Origin: Takakia lepidozioides
Lineage: Eukaryota > Plantae > Bryophyta
DNA: 64,000 nucleotides
Reading direction: 5' to 3'
Assembly (NCBI GenBank): GCA_030704615.1
Contig: CM060733.1
Location: forward strand, 9,610,001-9,674,000
Part shown: in pieces, positions 36,887 to 49,015 of the stretch
How positions within the stretch are numbered: position 1 is the stretch's first letter
Layout: every line of letters starts with the position of its first letter
Made by a program: the position numbers and the translations under genes
The notes under the pieces: generated by a model
Told to the model about the DNA's origin: nothing
Databases searched by the model: none
The model's input: the letters and a program-made list of their open reading frames with translations, nothing else

Positions 36887-39192
36887 TCTTCCTTTGTTTT
36901 CGAGTACACCAAGATGTCGTCGATCTACACGATCACAAAGTCGTCCAACCACTCCTAGAAAAGGTTGTTCATTAGCGTGCTAAAGGTCGCGGGTGCGTTG
37001 GTGAGCCCAAAAGGCATCACCAAGAACTCATATGAACCATATTTTGTTCTGCACGCGGTCTTCTCCTCATCTCCTTCCGCCACTTGGATTTGATGGTAGC
37101 CGGAGCGCAAATCGATCCGGCTTAAATACTTCGCTTCTGCCAATCGATCGCAGAAGGGTACCGGTTTTTTATAGTCACCTTATTCACAGCCCTATAATCG
37201 ACACACATCCGCAGCGTCCCATCCTTCTTGTCTGCGAATAGCACCGGGGCTCCGTAAGGTGACTTACTCGGCCGGATGTACCCCTTTGACATTAGATCCT
37301 TGAGCTGAGTCTTCAGCTCGACCAACTCTTTATGGCTCAACCGGTAGGGCGCCTTGGCACGCGGTTCCGATCCCGGTATCACCTCAATCTTGTGGTCAAC
37401 TCCTCTTCGCGGTGGCAAGCCGCTTGGTAAAGCCTCCGGCATCACATCCTAGTATTTCTCCAAAATCCCCTTGATCCAATCTAGGCTCGGCTCCCTATCG
37501 TCTTCTCCCTTCACTTGTCTTACGTAAAGCAAAAATTGTGGTTCGTGTGGCTCCTCCACGACCCACTCCTTTGTTGATAGCAGGTTTATTCGCCCTCCCA
37601 CTGGGTTCAAGGGCATTTCCGAAACTCGTAAAACTTCACCGCCATTCCCACACGGTAGCGTGACTACTCTCTTGCGGCCATCTATGATCGCTCCGGATTT
37701 GCTCAAAAAGGCCATCCCCAAAATGAGATCCACTCCATCGATCTCGCAAATGGTGAAGTTCTCACGTCCTTCCCAACTCCCGAGCTGAAGATGAACATTG
37801 AACGCCAACCTCGTCGCCAATTGTGGTTCTCCTTTGGCAGAGGCCCCCACGTCATTTGTCGGGAGCCCCAGCTTTTGTGCCGTTGCCGGTGTCATAAAGG
37901 AGTGCGACGCTCTTGTGTCCACCAACAACGACACGTTAGTTCCAGAAATCATCCCACTAACGAACATTAAGTGACTCCCTTTACGCAAGGGGCCAGTCTC
38001 CTGATACAACTCATAAGAGTAGTTACCTACCTTGCAAGTCTTGGCAACCACCGCTTCCACCCAGCGGCTGATGGAATCTTCGGACAGCTCCGTGGTTGCC
38101 CGAGTCATGTTAATTGTCGGGGTTTCGGCGCACTTCTTGGCCATGTGCCCGGGCTCCCCGCAATTAAAGCATACTCCATCGAAGGTCACCTTCTGTCCGC
38201 CATAAGCCGTCGCACCTGATTTTCCTTTCGGAGCACCGGGTGTCGCTTTGACGTGTGAAGGCCCTCCCCTTTGATTTCCATGTGCCATTGTCACCGCGTG
38301 GCCTATCCCACTTCTTTTCCGGTCGGAAGGAATCATCCTCCCGCCTAGTCTTCTTGTGGTTCAGCTCCGTACGACCTTGTCTTTCACCCCTAGGGACATC
38401 TGAGAAACATTCAGCCCTTTCAATTGCCTCGTTCAAAGTCTTAGGTGGCTTCTCCTCCAACTTGCATCTGGCCCATGGGGCCAGTCCCTCCACAAAGTTG
38501 AAGACCATTTCTAGTTCCGCCATATCTGCGACTTCAAACAACAGCACATTGAAAGCCTGAACATATCCCCGAATGTCATCTGTTTGCTTCAAGTTCCTCA
38601 TCTTGTCCCGGGCGAGCCAGGACGCATTGAGGGGAACAAACTGTCTTTTCATAAGTTCCTTGAACCCACTCCAGCTCAAGGTTTCCGGGTTTGGACCTCG
38701 GTCATGAAGGCGTTTCTGCCACCATTGTTGAGCATAGCCCCTCAAATAGGTGGGAGCCACTTCCACCCGATCCTCGTCACTCAACTTGGCCGCCCGGAAG
38801 TGCTGCTCCAGCTCCAAGAGCAAGGTGTTGAGTGCCTTCCAATTTCGGACGCCCTCGAAGGTGCCGGGTTCCTTAGGCTTCACCTTAAACTTTGCCTTAG
38901 TGGAAGTGGCATTAGCCGCCTTCAACACGTCTTTCAACGTCCCGCCAAACTGCGCCAACAACCCTTCCCAAAAGGCTGCTGGCATGGGAGGCATCTGTTG
39001 GTCTGTCGGAGCCCTCAGGAATTCCTCGGGCTCCGACTCCTCAGATTCCTCCCGTTTTTTAGCGGCCTCACTTTCAAAAGCATGCATCGCTTCCTCAAAT
39101 GGCCGCTTCGGTGACACGTCGCTCCCATCGGGCTCACCAGGATCATCATCTTTCGGGCCGTTCCGCTTTCGCTTTGGCTTGCTCGACCCCAT
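36881..39192 (-). mobile_element. Ty3/gypsy gag-protease-RT (5' half, degenerate)
   Basis: Retrotrans_gag, CCHC knuckle CFNCGEPGHMAKKC, protease [21 protein letters not shown] / IDLRSGYHQ / [12 protein letters not shown] and V*IDDIL (YIDD with stop). Confidence 0.92.
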
Positions 39193-39233
39193 GATGAGAC
39201 CGATCTTAAGGATGATCACAAACTGAACTCTAA

Positions 39234-39245
39234 GCTCAGATACCA
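39234..39245 (-). promoter_or_regulatory. Primer-binding site (tRNA-iMet type)
   Basis: TGGTATCTGAGC 2 nt inside the LTR end; one mismatch to TGGTATCAGAGC. Confidence 0.8.
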
Positions 39246-39247
39246 AG

Positions 39248-39966
39248 TGTCGCGCACCTCGCTCCAGTAAGCCTCCCTTCAAGTCATAGTTACTCGCTTT
39301 GATACCGCGCCTACTCCCAAACTGGCCGCCGGGCAACTCGGAGCTTTGGCTGCTCACCGGACATAACGTCCCTCTTTACTCCTCCACAAGACTCTCTCTC
39401 AATTTGGGCCTAGTGGAAATTCCTTTTGGATGTTGGCAGTCCGGAACAGCTCCCCACACCTTGGTCGCTTTCCGGCTCGCACGCTTACTCACTAGTTTTT
39501 GGTCACCAACGGGCTTGCAAGCACCGTCTCGGGGTTACTACTCCCTCTATATACTTCTGTGACTGTCCGCGGGGGTTTCACAAACAACCATGCCATTTTA
39601 TGGCGAACCACCACGAAAACCCTCGATTCCCGGTGATGAGTCGCGGTGAGTCTTCGCCCACCCACCACGGCCCCATTGGACCGTGATGAGTCCCAAGACT
39701 CCCCACGACTCCCACCACAAGGTCTCCGCCCCCATGGTGAGTCCTATGCCACCCCCACTAAGTTAAACTACCACCACCCCTCGTGGAACCACCCCCACCG
39801 CAACCCGGTGTGCGGGGCTCCACCTAGTGAGTGCCACCGCCTCCTTGAGTGCCTTGGGCACTCAAGGGTGCTTCAGCCCCCGTATCTATTGTTGCCACTG
39901 CCCCCACCACAGGGGCAGCCCCTCTTGTGTTCCGACCCCCTGCCCTCAAGGCGAAGGGCCGCGACA
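39248..39966 (-). mobile_element. LTR A (5' LTR of the inverted copy)
   Basis: TGTCGC...GCGACA termini; homologous to 41164-41881 and 43597-44324; adjacent to the PBS. Confidence 0.9.
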
Positions 39967-39967
39967 A

Positions 39968-42691
39968 CTCGCCTCCTATTACCAAAAGTATGTGAGAAAT
40001 TTCGCCAAGATCGCGGTTCCGCTGTCAGACCTTCTGTGTAAGTCCAAAGTATGGGTGTGGAACACCTTTTATGGCCAAGCTTTTGTCGAGTTGAAGCAGC
40101 GGATGGTGGAAGCTCTAGTCCTGAAAATCCCAGAGTTCGACCGTCCATTTGAGATTTATACAGATGTGTCGGACTTCGCAATTGGGGGTGTGTTCATGCA
40201 AGATGGACGTCCAGTGGCTTACGAAAGTAAGAAACTGAATAAAGTGGAACGACGATGGTCTACGCACGAGAAAGAACTGAAGGCGGTGGTGCATTGCCTT
40301 GAGCTTTGGCGCCACTATGTTGGTTCCAACTCGGTGAAGGTGTTCACGGACAATGTCACGGTGAAGTATTTTGCAGCCTAAAGTTGTCCCTAAAACAACT
40401 TAGGTGGCAAGACACTTTGGCAGTGTTCAACGTGGATATCCAGTACAAACCGGGACGGGACAATATGGTGGCCGATGCTTTAAGTAGAAAGTAGCAGCTC
40501 ATGTTGGTATACAGGGGCGAGACGGCGCTCCAAAGGAAGATCACTGGAAGGATGAGATGACAAAGTCCGTGATGTGAGACTTGAGGATGGGGGTTAAATT
40601 GCAGTTCCACTTGCACAATGGACTGCTCCGGTACAAGCAAAAGTGTCTTTACGTGCCGAAAGGAGGGATCAGAAATAGTCTCTTTACATAATGCCATGAT
40701 GGCCCGCTTGCGGGCCACGGCGGAGCCAAGCGCACCGCGTCACTCTTGAAGAAAGAGTATTTCTGGCCCAAACTGAGGGAGGAAGCCGAGGAGTATGTTA
40801 AGACATGCACCACATGCCAACAAAACCGGAGCAAGTACAAAAAGTAAACGGGGCTGTTACAACCCTTGCCGATTCCAAAGGGGTCTTGGAAAAGTGTCTC
40901 GATGGATTTCATGACTGCTATGCCGCTGTCAAAAGGATTCGATGCAATCATGGTGGTGGTGGATAGGTTCAGTAAAATGGGCCATTTCATTCCCACCAAG
41001 GAGACGGTAACGACGCAGGAGACGGGGCGACTTTACTTCGCCCACGTCTTCAAGCATCATGGACTACCGAAAGATATTGTTTCGGACCGCAATCCAAAGT
41101 TCACAAGTAAATTTTGGAGGGCACTTTGGAAGAAAATGGGGACGAGACTCAAGATGAGCACCGTGTCGCGGCCCTTTGCCTTGAGGGCAGGGGGTCGGGA
41201 CGCAGAGGGGCTGCCCCTGTGGTGGGGGCAGTGGCAGCAATAGATACGGGGGGCTGAAGCACCCTGAGTGCCAAGGCACTCAAGGAGGCGGAGGCGCTCA
41301 CTAGGTGGAGCCTTGCACACCGGGTTGTGGTGGGGGTGGCTCCACAAGGGGTGGTGGTAGCTTAGTGGGACTTAGTAGGGGTGGCATAGGACTCACCATG
41401 GGGCGGAGACCTTGTGGTGGGAGTTGTGGGGAGTCTTGGGACTCACCACGGTCCAATGGGGCAGTGGTGGGTGGGCCAAGACTCACCGCGACTCATCACC
41501 GGGAATCGAGGGTCTTCGTGGTGGTTCGCCATAAAATGGCATGGTTGTTTGTGAAACCCCCGCGGATAGTCACAAAAGTATATATAGGGAGTAGTAACCC
41601 CGAGAACGGTGCAAGCCCATTGGTGACCAAAAACTAGTGAGGAAGCGAGCCGAAAAGCGACCAAGAAGTGGGGAGCTATTCTGGACTGCCAACTACCAAG
41701 GGAATTTCCACTAGGCCCAAATTGGTGGAGGGTCTGTTGGGGGAGCGAAGGGGGACCGTTATGTCCCGGTGAGCAGCCAAAGCTCCGATTTGGCCCGGCG
41801 GCCATGTTGGGAGTTAGGCGTACGCATCAAAGCAAGTAACTATGAGTTGGAGGGGAGCTTACCGAAGTGAGGTGCGCGACACACCGCCTTCCGACCTACG
41901 ACGGACGGCCAAACGGAAAGAGTGAATTCCGCGGTGAAGCAGATCTTGCGGAATTATGTGTCGGCAGACCAATCAGACTGGGTGAAGCACTTGGATGCGG
42001 CAGAGTTGTGTTATAATAACACAAAACACTCCGCAACGGGAGTTTCCCCTTTCGTATTGGTCTATGGAAAAGCACCTCTAGTGCCGACAAGTTGGGCCGC
42101 CCATGACATTGAGGAACCGGCAGTAGCAGCGATGCTGGAAGAACGCGAGCGTTTGTTGAAGTTCACAAAGTACAACATTGCCAAAGCTAGGAAACGGTAT
42201 GAACGGCAGGCGAATCGGAAGCAGAGGGAAGTTAAGTTTGAGGCAGGCACGGAGGTCTGGTTGAACATCAAGAATTGTTTACTACCTCCGGAAGTGAGTC
42301 CGAAGATCGTACCTCCGTATGCGGGGCCCTTTCGCATCTGGAAGGTTATAAATGAGGATGTGTATGAATTGGAGCTACCGGCGAACAGCAAGGTGCATCC
42401 GGTATTCCACGTCTCCATTTTGAAGCCTTACTTCAAGATGAAGCACGTCCGAATCGGCATCAAGTGTTGCGTTCGCCACCTGTGCTGTTGGATCATGAAA
42501 ATGAACATGAGTACGAAGTGGAGGTAGTGCTTAAGTCGAGGAGGTTCAAGAATCGAGAAACGGAGTATCTCGTGAAATGGAAGGGCTATCTTCAAGTGGA
42601 GGCAACTTGGGTGCGTGCCTCAGAAATGAGAAACGCATTCGAGGTGGTTGCAGCTTTCGAAGAGCGACCTCAAAAACGGAAGAAGCGTTGA
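39968..42691 (+). mobile_element. Ty3/gypsy chromovirus pol 3' half (RT end, RNase H, integrase, chromodomain), degenerate
   Basis: LASYY.KYV, IYTDVSDFAIG, CHD...AGH, SVSMDF...VVDRFSK, TDGQTERVN, AGPF, and chromodomain EYEVEVVLKSR...YLVKWKGY. Confidence 0.92.
41164..41881 (+). mobile_element. Solo LTR B inserted in the integrase
   Basis: TG...CA ends with perfect 5-bp TSD CACCG (41159-41163 / 41882-41886); interrupts the KMSTAFRP segment. Confidence 0.93.
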
Positions 42692-43596
42692 TGGGGATAT
42701 CAACCTTGGATCGTGGGCGAGGAAATGCATGCTCAGTTCGGCTTAGCTAGCTCAGGAATCCGATTGCAAAATTTTGTGTTGCACAAATTTTGTTTATAAA
42801 TGAAATGGTTTCCAAATGTTGTGCTTGCTAATTTGTTTGGAATGGTGATGCATGGTATGGTTGGCTAATGTGTAGAATGCATGCTAGCTTACAAAAGTGG
42901 GAGAGGTAAATTGGATAAATCGTGTATTTGCGCAGTGCCGAAATTGGGTGACTCCCATCCAAGGGGCAAGGAAACTTACGCCTTCTTTGAGAGTTCACGT
43001 GCTAGTGCGCACCTGGCGCGTGTGCGTACTATAACTGCGCTACCGAGGGGGTTGTCTTGTAGTGCGGACTAACGCGGAAGCTACGTACTTCCGTTCACGT
43101 ACTATAATCGTGTAACCTCGGGACGAAGTCGTAGTGTGGCTTCGGCGTGTTCCCGTACCTCAGGGCAGCATTCCAAGGCGGATCCAATTGTAGCATTTGG
43201 GATGCACGGTTGGTTCAAGGTTATCTTCCTAGTAAAAAAAGGTTCAAGGTGAACCCTTGCTCAAGGTGATGCCAAAAAGCGGCATCATGAGCGATCGCAA
43301 GCAATGTTGTTGCAGTAAGGCGATTCGATCCTCGGGGAAGATCGTTCCTTGGCCTTGAAGTGGGCCAAGAAGAGTGCACTGGGTGGAGCTTGAGAGGCTC
43401 CACCTTTGGCCGGGACTTGGAGGAAGTCGGCCCAACTAGCTAGTGGAGAGTAGAGTCAAGTGGGGGTTGGTTCTTTGCCATGGGACGGCATGGTATGGAA
43501 ACAAACTCCTTGATGTGGGACGCCACAACTTGGATGTTAGTTTCTACAAAATGGATAAGTCGATGATGACATCGACTCCCTGTTGGTAGGGGTGTG

Positions 43597-44324
43597 TGTC
43601 GCGGCCCTTTGCCTTGAGGGTAGGGGGGGTCAGGACACAAGAGGGGCTGCCCCTGTGGTGGGGGCAGTGGCAATAATAGGTACGGCGGCTGAAGCACCTT
43701 TGAGTGCCCAAGGCACTCAAGGAGGCGGAGGCGCTCACTAGGTGGAGCCCCGCACACCGGGTTGCGGTGGGGGTGGTTCCACGAGTGGTGGTGGTAGCAT
43801 AGTGGGTCTTAGTGGGGGTAGCATAGGACTCACCATAGGGCGGAGACCTTGTGGTGGGAGTCGTGGGGAGTCTTGGGACTCATCACGGTCCAATGGGGCC
43901 ATGGTGGGTGGGCCAAGACTCACCGCGACTCATCACCGGGAATGGAGGGTCTTCGTGGTGGTTCGCCATAAAATGACTGGGTTGTTTGTGAAACCCCCGC
44001 GGACAGTCACAGAAGTATATATAGGGAGTAGTAACCCCGAGAACGGTGCAAGCCCGTTGGTGACCAAAAACTAATGAGTAAGCGTGCGAGCCGGAAAGCG
44101 ACCAAGATGTGGGGAGCTGTTCCGGACTGCCAACAACCAAAGGGAATTTCCACTAGGCCCAAAGTAAGCGAGGGTCTCGTGGGAGGAGCAAAGGGTGACC
44201 GTTATGTCCCGGTGAGCGGCCGAAGCTCCGAGTTGGCCCGGCGGCCAGTTTGGGAGTTAGGCGCGCGCATCAAAACGAGTAACTATGACTTGAAGGGGAG
44301 CTTACCGAAGTGATGTGTGCGACA
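43597..44324 (+). mobile_element. LTR C (3' LTR)
   Basis: TGTCGC...GCGACA, preceded by the G-rich PPT-like GGTAGGGGTGTG. Confidence 0.9.
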
Positions 44325-44549
44325 AGAAGCAGCTGCAGCACATGAGAATGTCCAGTGTCACTCAGCAGACACCTCTTCCATGTTTGTGTGATGCCAACGA
44401 ATGGGGGTGAGTATTACCTGTATATTTTCTGTGTTCAAACAGGTAAGGTCAAAACTGATGGTGTAAGGAACTAGCAAAGACTCGTGAATAGAACCAGACA
44501 AAGCAGAGGTAGAGTCATGCTGAGGTAACAACACATATTGACGACCTGA

Positions 44550-44739
44550 ACCAACATGTAGCCCAGTGGTAAGGGCATATACCCTCTTACGAGTGGTTGT
44601 GGGTTCAAACCACCCTGTTGGTTGTTACAAAGGTAGGTGTCCACTTTCCTACCGGAAGGCAATAGCCCTTCTGGGTCAAGTAACACCATAAGTTACGCAT
44701 GTTTCGGCAATGCGTCATTTTATTTTTATTTTTTATTTT
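44550..44739 (+). mobile_element. tRNA-derived SINE with TSD
   Basis: A box TAGCCCAGTGG, B box GGGTTCAAACC, (T)nA tail, 12-bp TSD TTGACGACCTGA; empty site at about 46092. Confidence 0.88.
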
Positions 44740-44749
44740 TTGACGACCT

Positions 44750-45800
44750 GACAAAATGTCAGTAATCAAATAAGGACCGTCAATGCGTTTCTTGGCTTTA
44801 GAAACCTGCTTACCAGACTGCAAACGCACACAAACCGATTGACCAGTGCGAAAGGATTCATAATATACCACCCGCCGGTTATAGTTCTTAGCCTGGGATG
44901 CTTGAGACAAAACAATGTTAGACTTGGCAACCTCACGCAACTGTCGTTGCCTGACATGCAAATCAGTTAGAAACTGTTCCCAATTTTTGAGTTCACCGTT
45001 CAGTGGTTGAGACCTGCCACCATGAAATGTGCAAAAGAGATGTACATTTCCTTCCATACAAGAGTTCGAAAGGAGAAATTCTGGTGCTGACATGAATAGA
45101 AGTTTTATAAACAAACAACAGATTCGGTATGGCTATATGCTATTCATCAATAAGAGTCTCATTCTTTTCCAACATCTGACACATCGTCTTGTTAAAACGT
45201 TATGTCAAGCCATTATACTGCAGATTATAGGGTGTAGTGACAGCATGCTTGGTGTTTAAATTAAAACAGATTACTTCCATCAGTTGGTTGTATAATTCAT
45301 TACCTTGATCCATGAGGATTTCGAGAGGGCAACCATGTCGGAGGATCACCTTGTCAAAGAAAAACTGTACCACTTCATCACTGTCTTTAGCAACCAGGGG
45401 TCGGATTTCCACCCATTTCGTTAGGTAATCCGTAGCTACAGCTAGATAAACATGGCCCTTAGACGTGGGTTTTAAAGGTCCAACAAGATCGAGGCCTACC
45501 TGCGCAAAAAGTTCAGATACGGGGATAGGCTGTAATGGTAAAGGAGCTTTCGTTCCAGGAGGACGGTCTTGGCATGACATGATACACATTTTTCAATGAA
45601 AGCTGAAACGTCCTTGACTAACCCTTTCCAATGATATTGTTCATGTAACCTCTTTACGATCTATGTAACCCCCAGATGGCCAGCAAAGGAGGAAACATGA
45701 TATAATTCAAGCAAGGCAGGTAGAGCGGACCTAGCTGGAAGAACTTCCACAGCAGGAGAACCTTCCAAAGCATTCACTCTGAACAACTTCCCTTCATATA
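44750..45800 (-). mobile_element. Degenerate rve integrase (gypsy/Ginger-like) with GPY motif
   Basis: H...AGH zinc finger, GLDLVGPL, ATDYLTKWVE, DQGNE, NGLT, IDGPYLI. Confidence 0.8.
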
Positions 45801-46737
45801 CCCGGTGGGACGATAGATGATAGTTCACTTGCCTCATGAGTAGTTTGGATGTGCTAAAACAAAACTACTCTATAGCAAGCAACTAAAACTAGAAGCAGCT
45901 GCAACAGATGGCAATGTCCAGTGTCACTCAGCAGGCACCTCCTCCATGTTGGTGTGACGCCCACAAATACCTGTCTATTTTCTGTGTTCAAACAAGTAAG
46001 GTCAAAACTGATGGTGCAAGGAACCAGCAAAAACACGTGAATAGAACCAGACAAAACAGGGGTCTGCGTCATGCTGAGGTAACAACACATATTGACGACC
46101 TAGCAAAATGTCAGTGATCAAATAAGGACCGTCAATGCGTTTCTTGGCTTTAGAAACCTGCTTACCAGGCTGCAAACGCACACAAACCGATGACCAATGC
46201 GAAAGGATTCAGCCATACAAACTTGCATTTTACATATCATTACTTGCTAGAAACAAACTCATCTAGAGCGTCACTATCGACATCAACGAGGGTGTATACA
46301 TTCCGACCTCTATCGTAAGTCATAGTTATTGAGCTAATAATAGACTTAATATCTATCCATTTACTATCAGTGACATCATACTTGAACTTCAGATGCCCTC
46401 TAGACTTTGAGAAGTAATTCAATATAATTCACAGAGACCTCAGTCCTCAATTCACTCTCACCGTCGCATACCCCATGCTGGTGATTGTCATGCCCGTCTT
46501 TCTAGGGCACAGACGATGAATAGGTCTTGTCATTTGTACAAGGCAGATCACTTCATTCATCAAAACAAAAACCAAAATACGTGGACTGCATATGCATTCA
46601 CACTACACCTAAACCAAAATCCAAGTTCCACTTGCATCCATAGATTGCTTGACACGTGTCTTTCAAAAATACCTCCACCCTATGAGTAATTCTAAATAAA
46701 ATGTAATTGGAGCCTTTAACCGCTTCTCATTTAACAA

Positions 46738-47390
46738 TAATAGGGTCATGAATGCCCGCACATGTGGCTGCGGCGGGGCCCGCGTGTGGCAGAGGGGGTC
46801 GCGGAGGGTGGGAGCGCCCCTATCCGGACCTCGCCAATCCCCGCCAGTCTCCTTGTTGGGTCTGCGTGGCAAGCTGGTCTGCTGGGGCCCACAAAACACA
46901 TGAGCTAGTGTGCTGGGGCCCACAATATGCACATAAAGCATTAGTTATTGCAAGGGTTTGTAGAAAGCGGTGGGTAATGCGGTGGTTAAGAGCAATGAAT
47001 GGTAAACACGAGGGGTGTTGTTCAAATTTCGTTACGTTATACCGTGGCAGTAACGTGTGTTATTAAATATATATTTTGTCGAAGGGTCTGCCAGTCTGCT
47101 GGAGGGGGGTCTGCTCGGTCTGCTTGGAAGGTCTGCCGGTCTGCTGGAGGGGGTCTGCCCAGTCTGCTGGAGAGGTGCCAGTCCGCTCGTCGGTCTAGAG
47201 GGTCTGCTACAAGGTTGGAGTCGGTCTGTTGGAGGGTTTGCCCAGTCTGCTAGAAGGTCCGCCACGGTAGATTAACAAGGACTTAGAAAAATTTCAGAAT
47301 CTTGCCGACCCGGTGAATGGGCGGTGGGCTTATGAGCTCACCCCAAGGGTCGTACTGGCGAGGCCCGCCCGTGCATTCATGACCCTATTA
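46738..47390. mobile_element. hAT-like MITE
   Basis: TIR TAATAGGGTCATGAATGC; 8-bp TSD-like TTTAACAA/TTAAACAA; internal GGTCTGC.AGTCTGCTGGA tandem repeats at 47083-47260. Confidence 0.75.
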
Positions 47391-48338
47391 TTAAACAATG
47401 AGATGCCCTTTAACCTCTACCCTATATTCATTTAAATGCTCCCGCCTATATTTCTCATACCCAATATTACTCTGAAAAATGTTCTAATTTTTACTTGTAC
47501 AGAATATACGACACACTATATTTTTTTACACGTTATGTGGTAATTTTTGGAAGTGGATCCCCCTAGGCTGTACCAGCTCATCCAAGTTGCATCAACGTAG
47601 TAGATCATCCGGGTTTCATCCCGTATCTATTCATCCAAGTCCAAAAACAGGAGGGGAAGAATCCTGCCTCCAGAAAGGGCTACGACCAAAATGCAAGCAA
47701 GTGTGTGTGGCCTCAAACCTTTCCTTGCTCTTTACCTTCCTAATGACTAGGCAGACAAAGAACACTTTGCGATTGCCAATAACATCGAGTATTTGACACA
47801 TAGCCACACAATCACACTTGGAGATCAGGGACAGTCAGTGCCACCGATCCAAGCATAGTTTGAGTGTCCACCATTGCCCACTTCTTCACCAGCGTAATGG
47901 TTCGTCTCCTTACAAATTTGTTACAGTACAACCGGACTCCAAAAGAGATGAAGTGAGAAGGTATAAACCTCTAGTCATCTCCATAACTATTGGCCAAGCC
48001 TGTAGCCCTCAAAATGCCTCTTAGTATCCTAAGAAACTGCCTAGTCGCATTGCACTCCCTTTATGAGGGAAGACAATAGGAATAATGTAAGAACTTAATA
48101 GACGTGTGTGATCATGAGCCAACAGTCGCCCTAAGTTATGGATCGAGTGATGTCTATGTACACACGTAATCTGATTAGTGGACTTTATTCATAATGAGTG
48201 GCAATCCTCCGATGGGCTTGGGAAACGGCCAGAATGAAGTGCCTTTGTCGGGCCCAGCGAGGTCCTAGCTGCAAAATTTCACAAAGCCCACCCAACATGT
48301 TGGAATCAACTTACATCTAAACTTAGAAATTCACTCTA

Positions 48339-49015
48339 CAGTCGACCCTGGATAATTGTTATGCCTATAGAGCAGAAAAATTATAACATTTATGTAGATA
48401 TATCAGATAACAGAAATAGAGGTCAAAATCCAAAACATAACATTTGTGGAAAAAAACAATAAAGCAGGTAAGAAAAACAAAAATAACAGTTGGAAAGGCT
48501 TAGGGTTTTAGTACATACAGCCTTCACTGCATATAGTATTACAGAATACAAATATCTATTCATTAGAGGGTTGAGAATACACATGGATGAATGATAAGAG
48601 TGGATGAATGTTAAGAGTGATGACTGATGAGAGTGGATGATTGTTTTCTCAAACCAACTATATTAAGGCTCCGCATAAGATCTAACAACTATGGAGGTGT
48701 GTTAACAAAGATCAAGAAAATCGCCAGAAAGCGCCAAAGGATAAATACCAGGAGCTAGTTCTCCTACGTGGACCTGTTAAAATATGACACCTGTAATATA
48801 GCCTCTTTTCCAGCTTTGTCACCTCGTTATTCTCGCCACATGGGCGTTGGGTAGAATCTACATGTCGCCCTGCCTGCGATTTAGGAAAAGTGAAAAAAAA
48901 AAACACTGACGCTCTATGCCATTGTCAAGTGTACATTTTTACAGAGCAAAGATTTCATAACATTAATAAGGGTGATATAACAAAAAAGCAGGTAACAATT
49001 ATCCAGGGTCGACTG
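48339..49015. mobile_element. Tc1/mariner (pogo-like) MITE
   Basis: Perfect 23-bp TIR CAGTCGACCCTGGATAATTGTTA with TA TSD. Confidence 0.88.

Larger units (their letters stand above)
44325..46210. repeat. Direct duplication (44325-44860 versus 45891-46210)
   Basis: AGAAGCAGCTGCA...AATGTCCAGTGTCACTCAGCAG...TGCGAAAGGATTCA in both; the first copy carries a SINE. Confidence 0.85.

Noticed and set aside
44325-46210. Direct repeats as LTRs of the enclosed integrase
   Set aside because: The repeat includes the integrase C-terminal coding sequence and lacks TG...CA ends, PBS and PPT.
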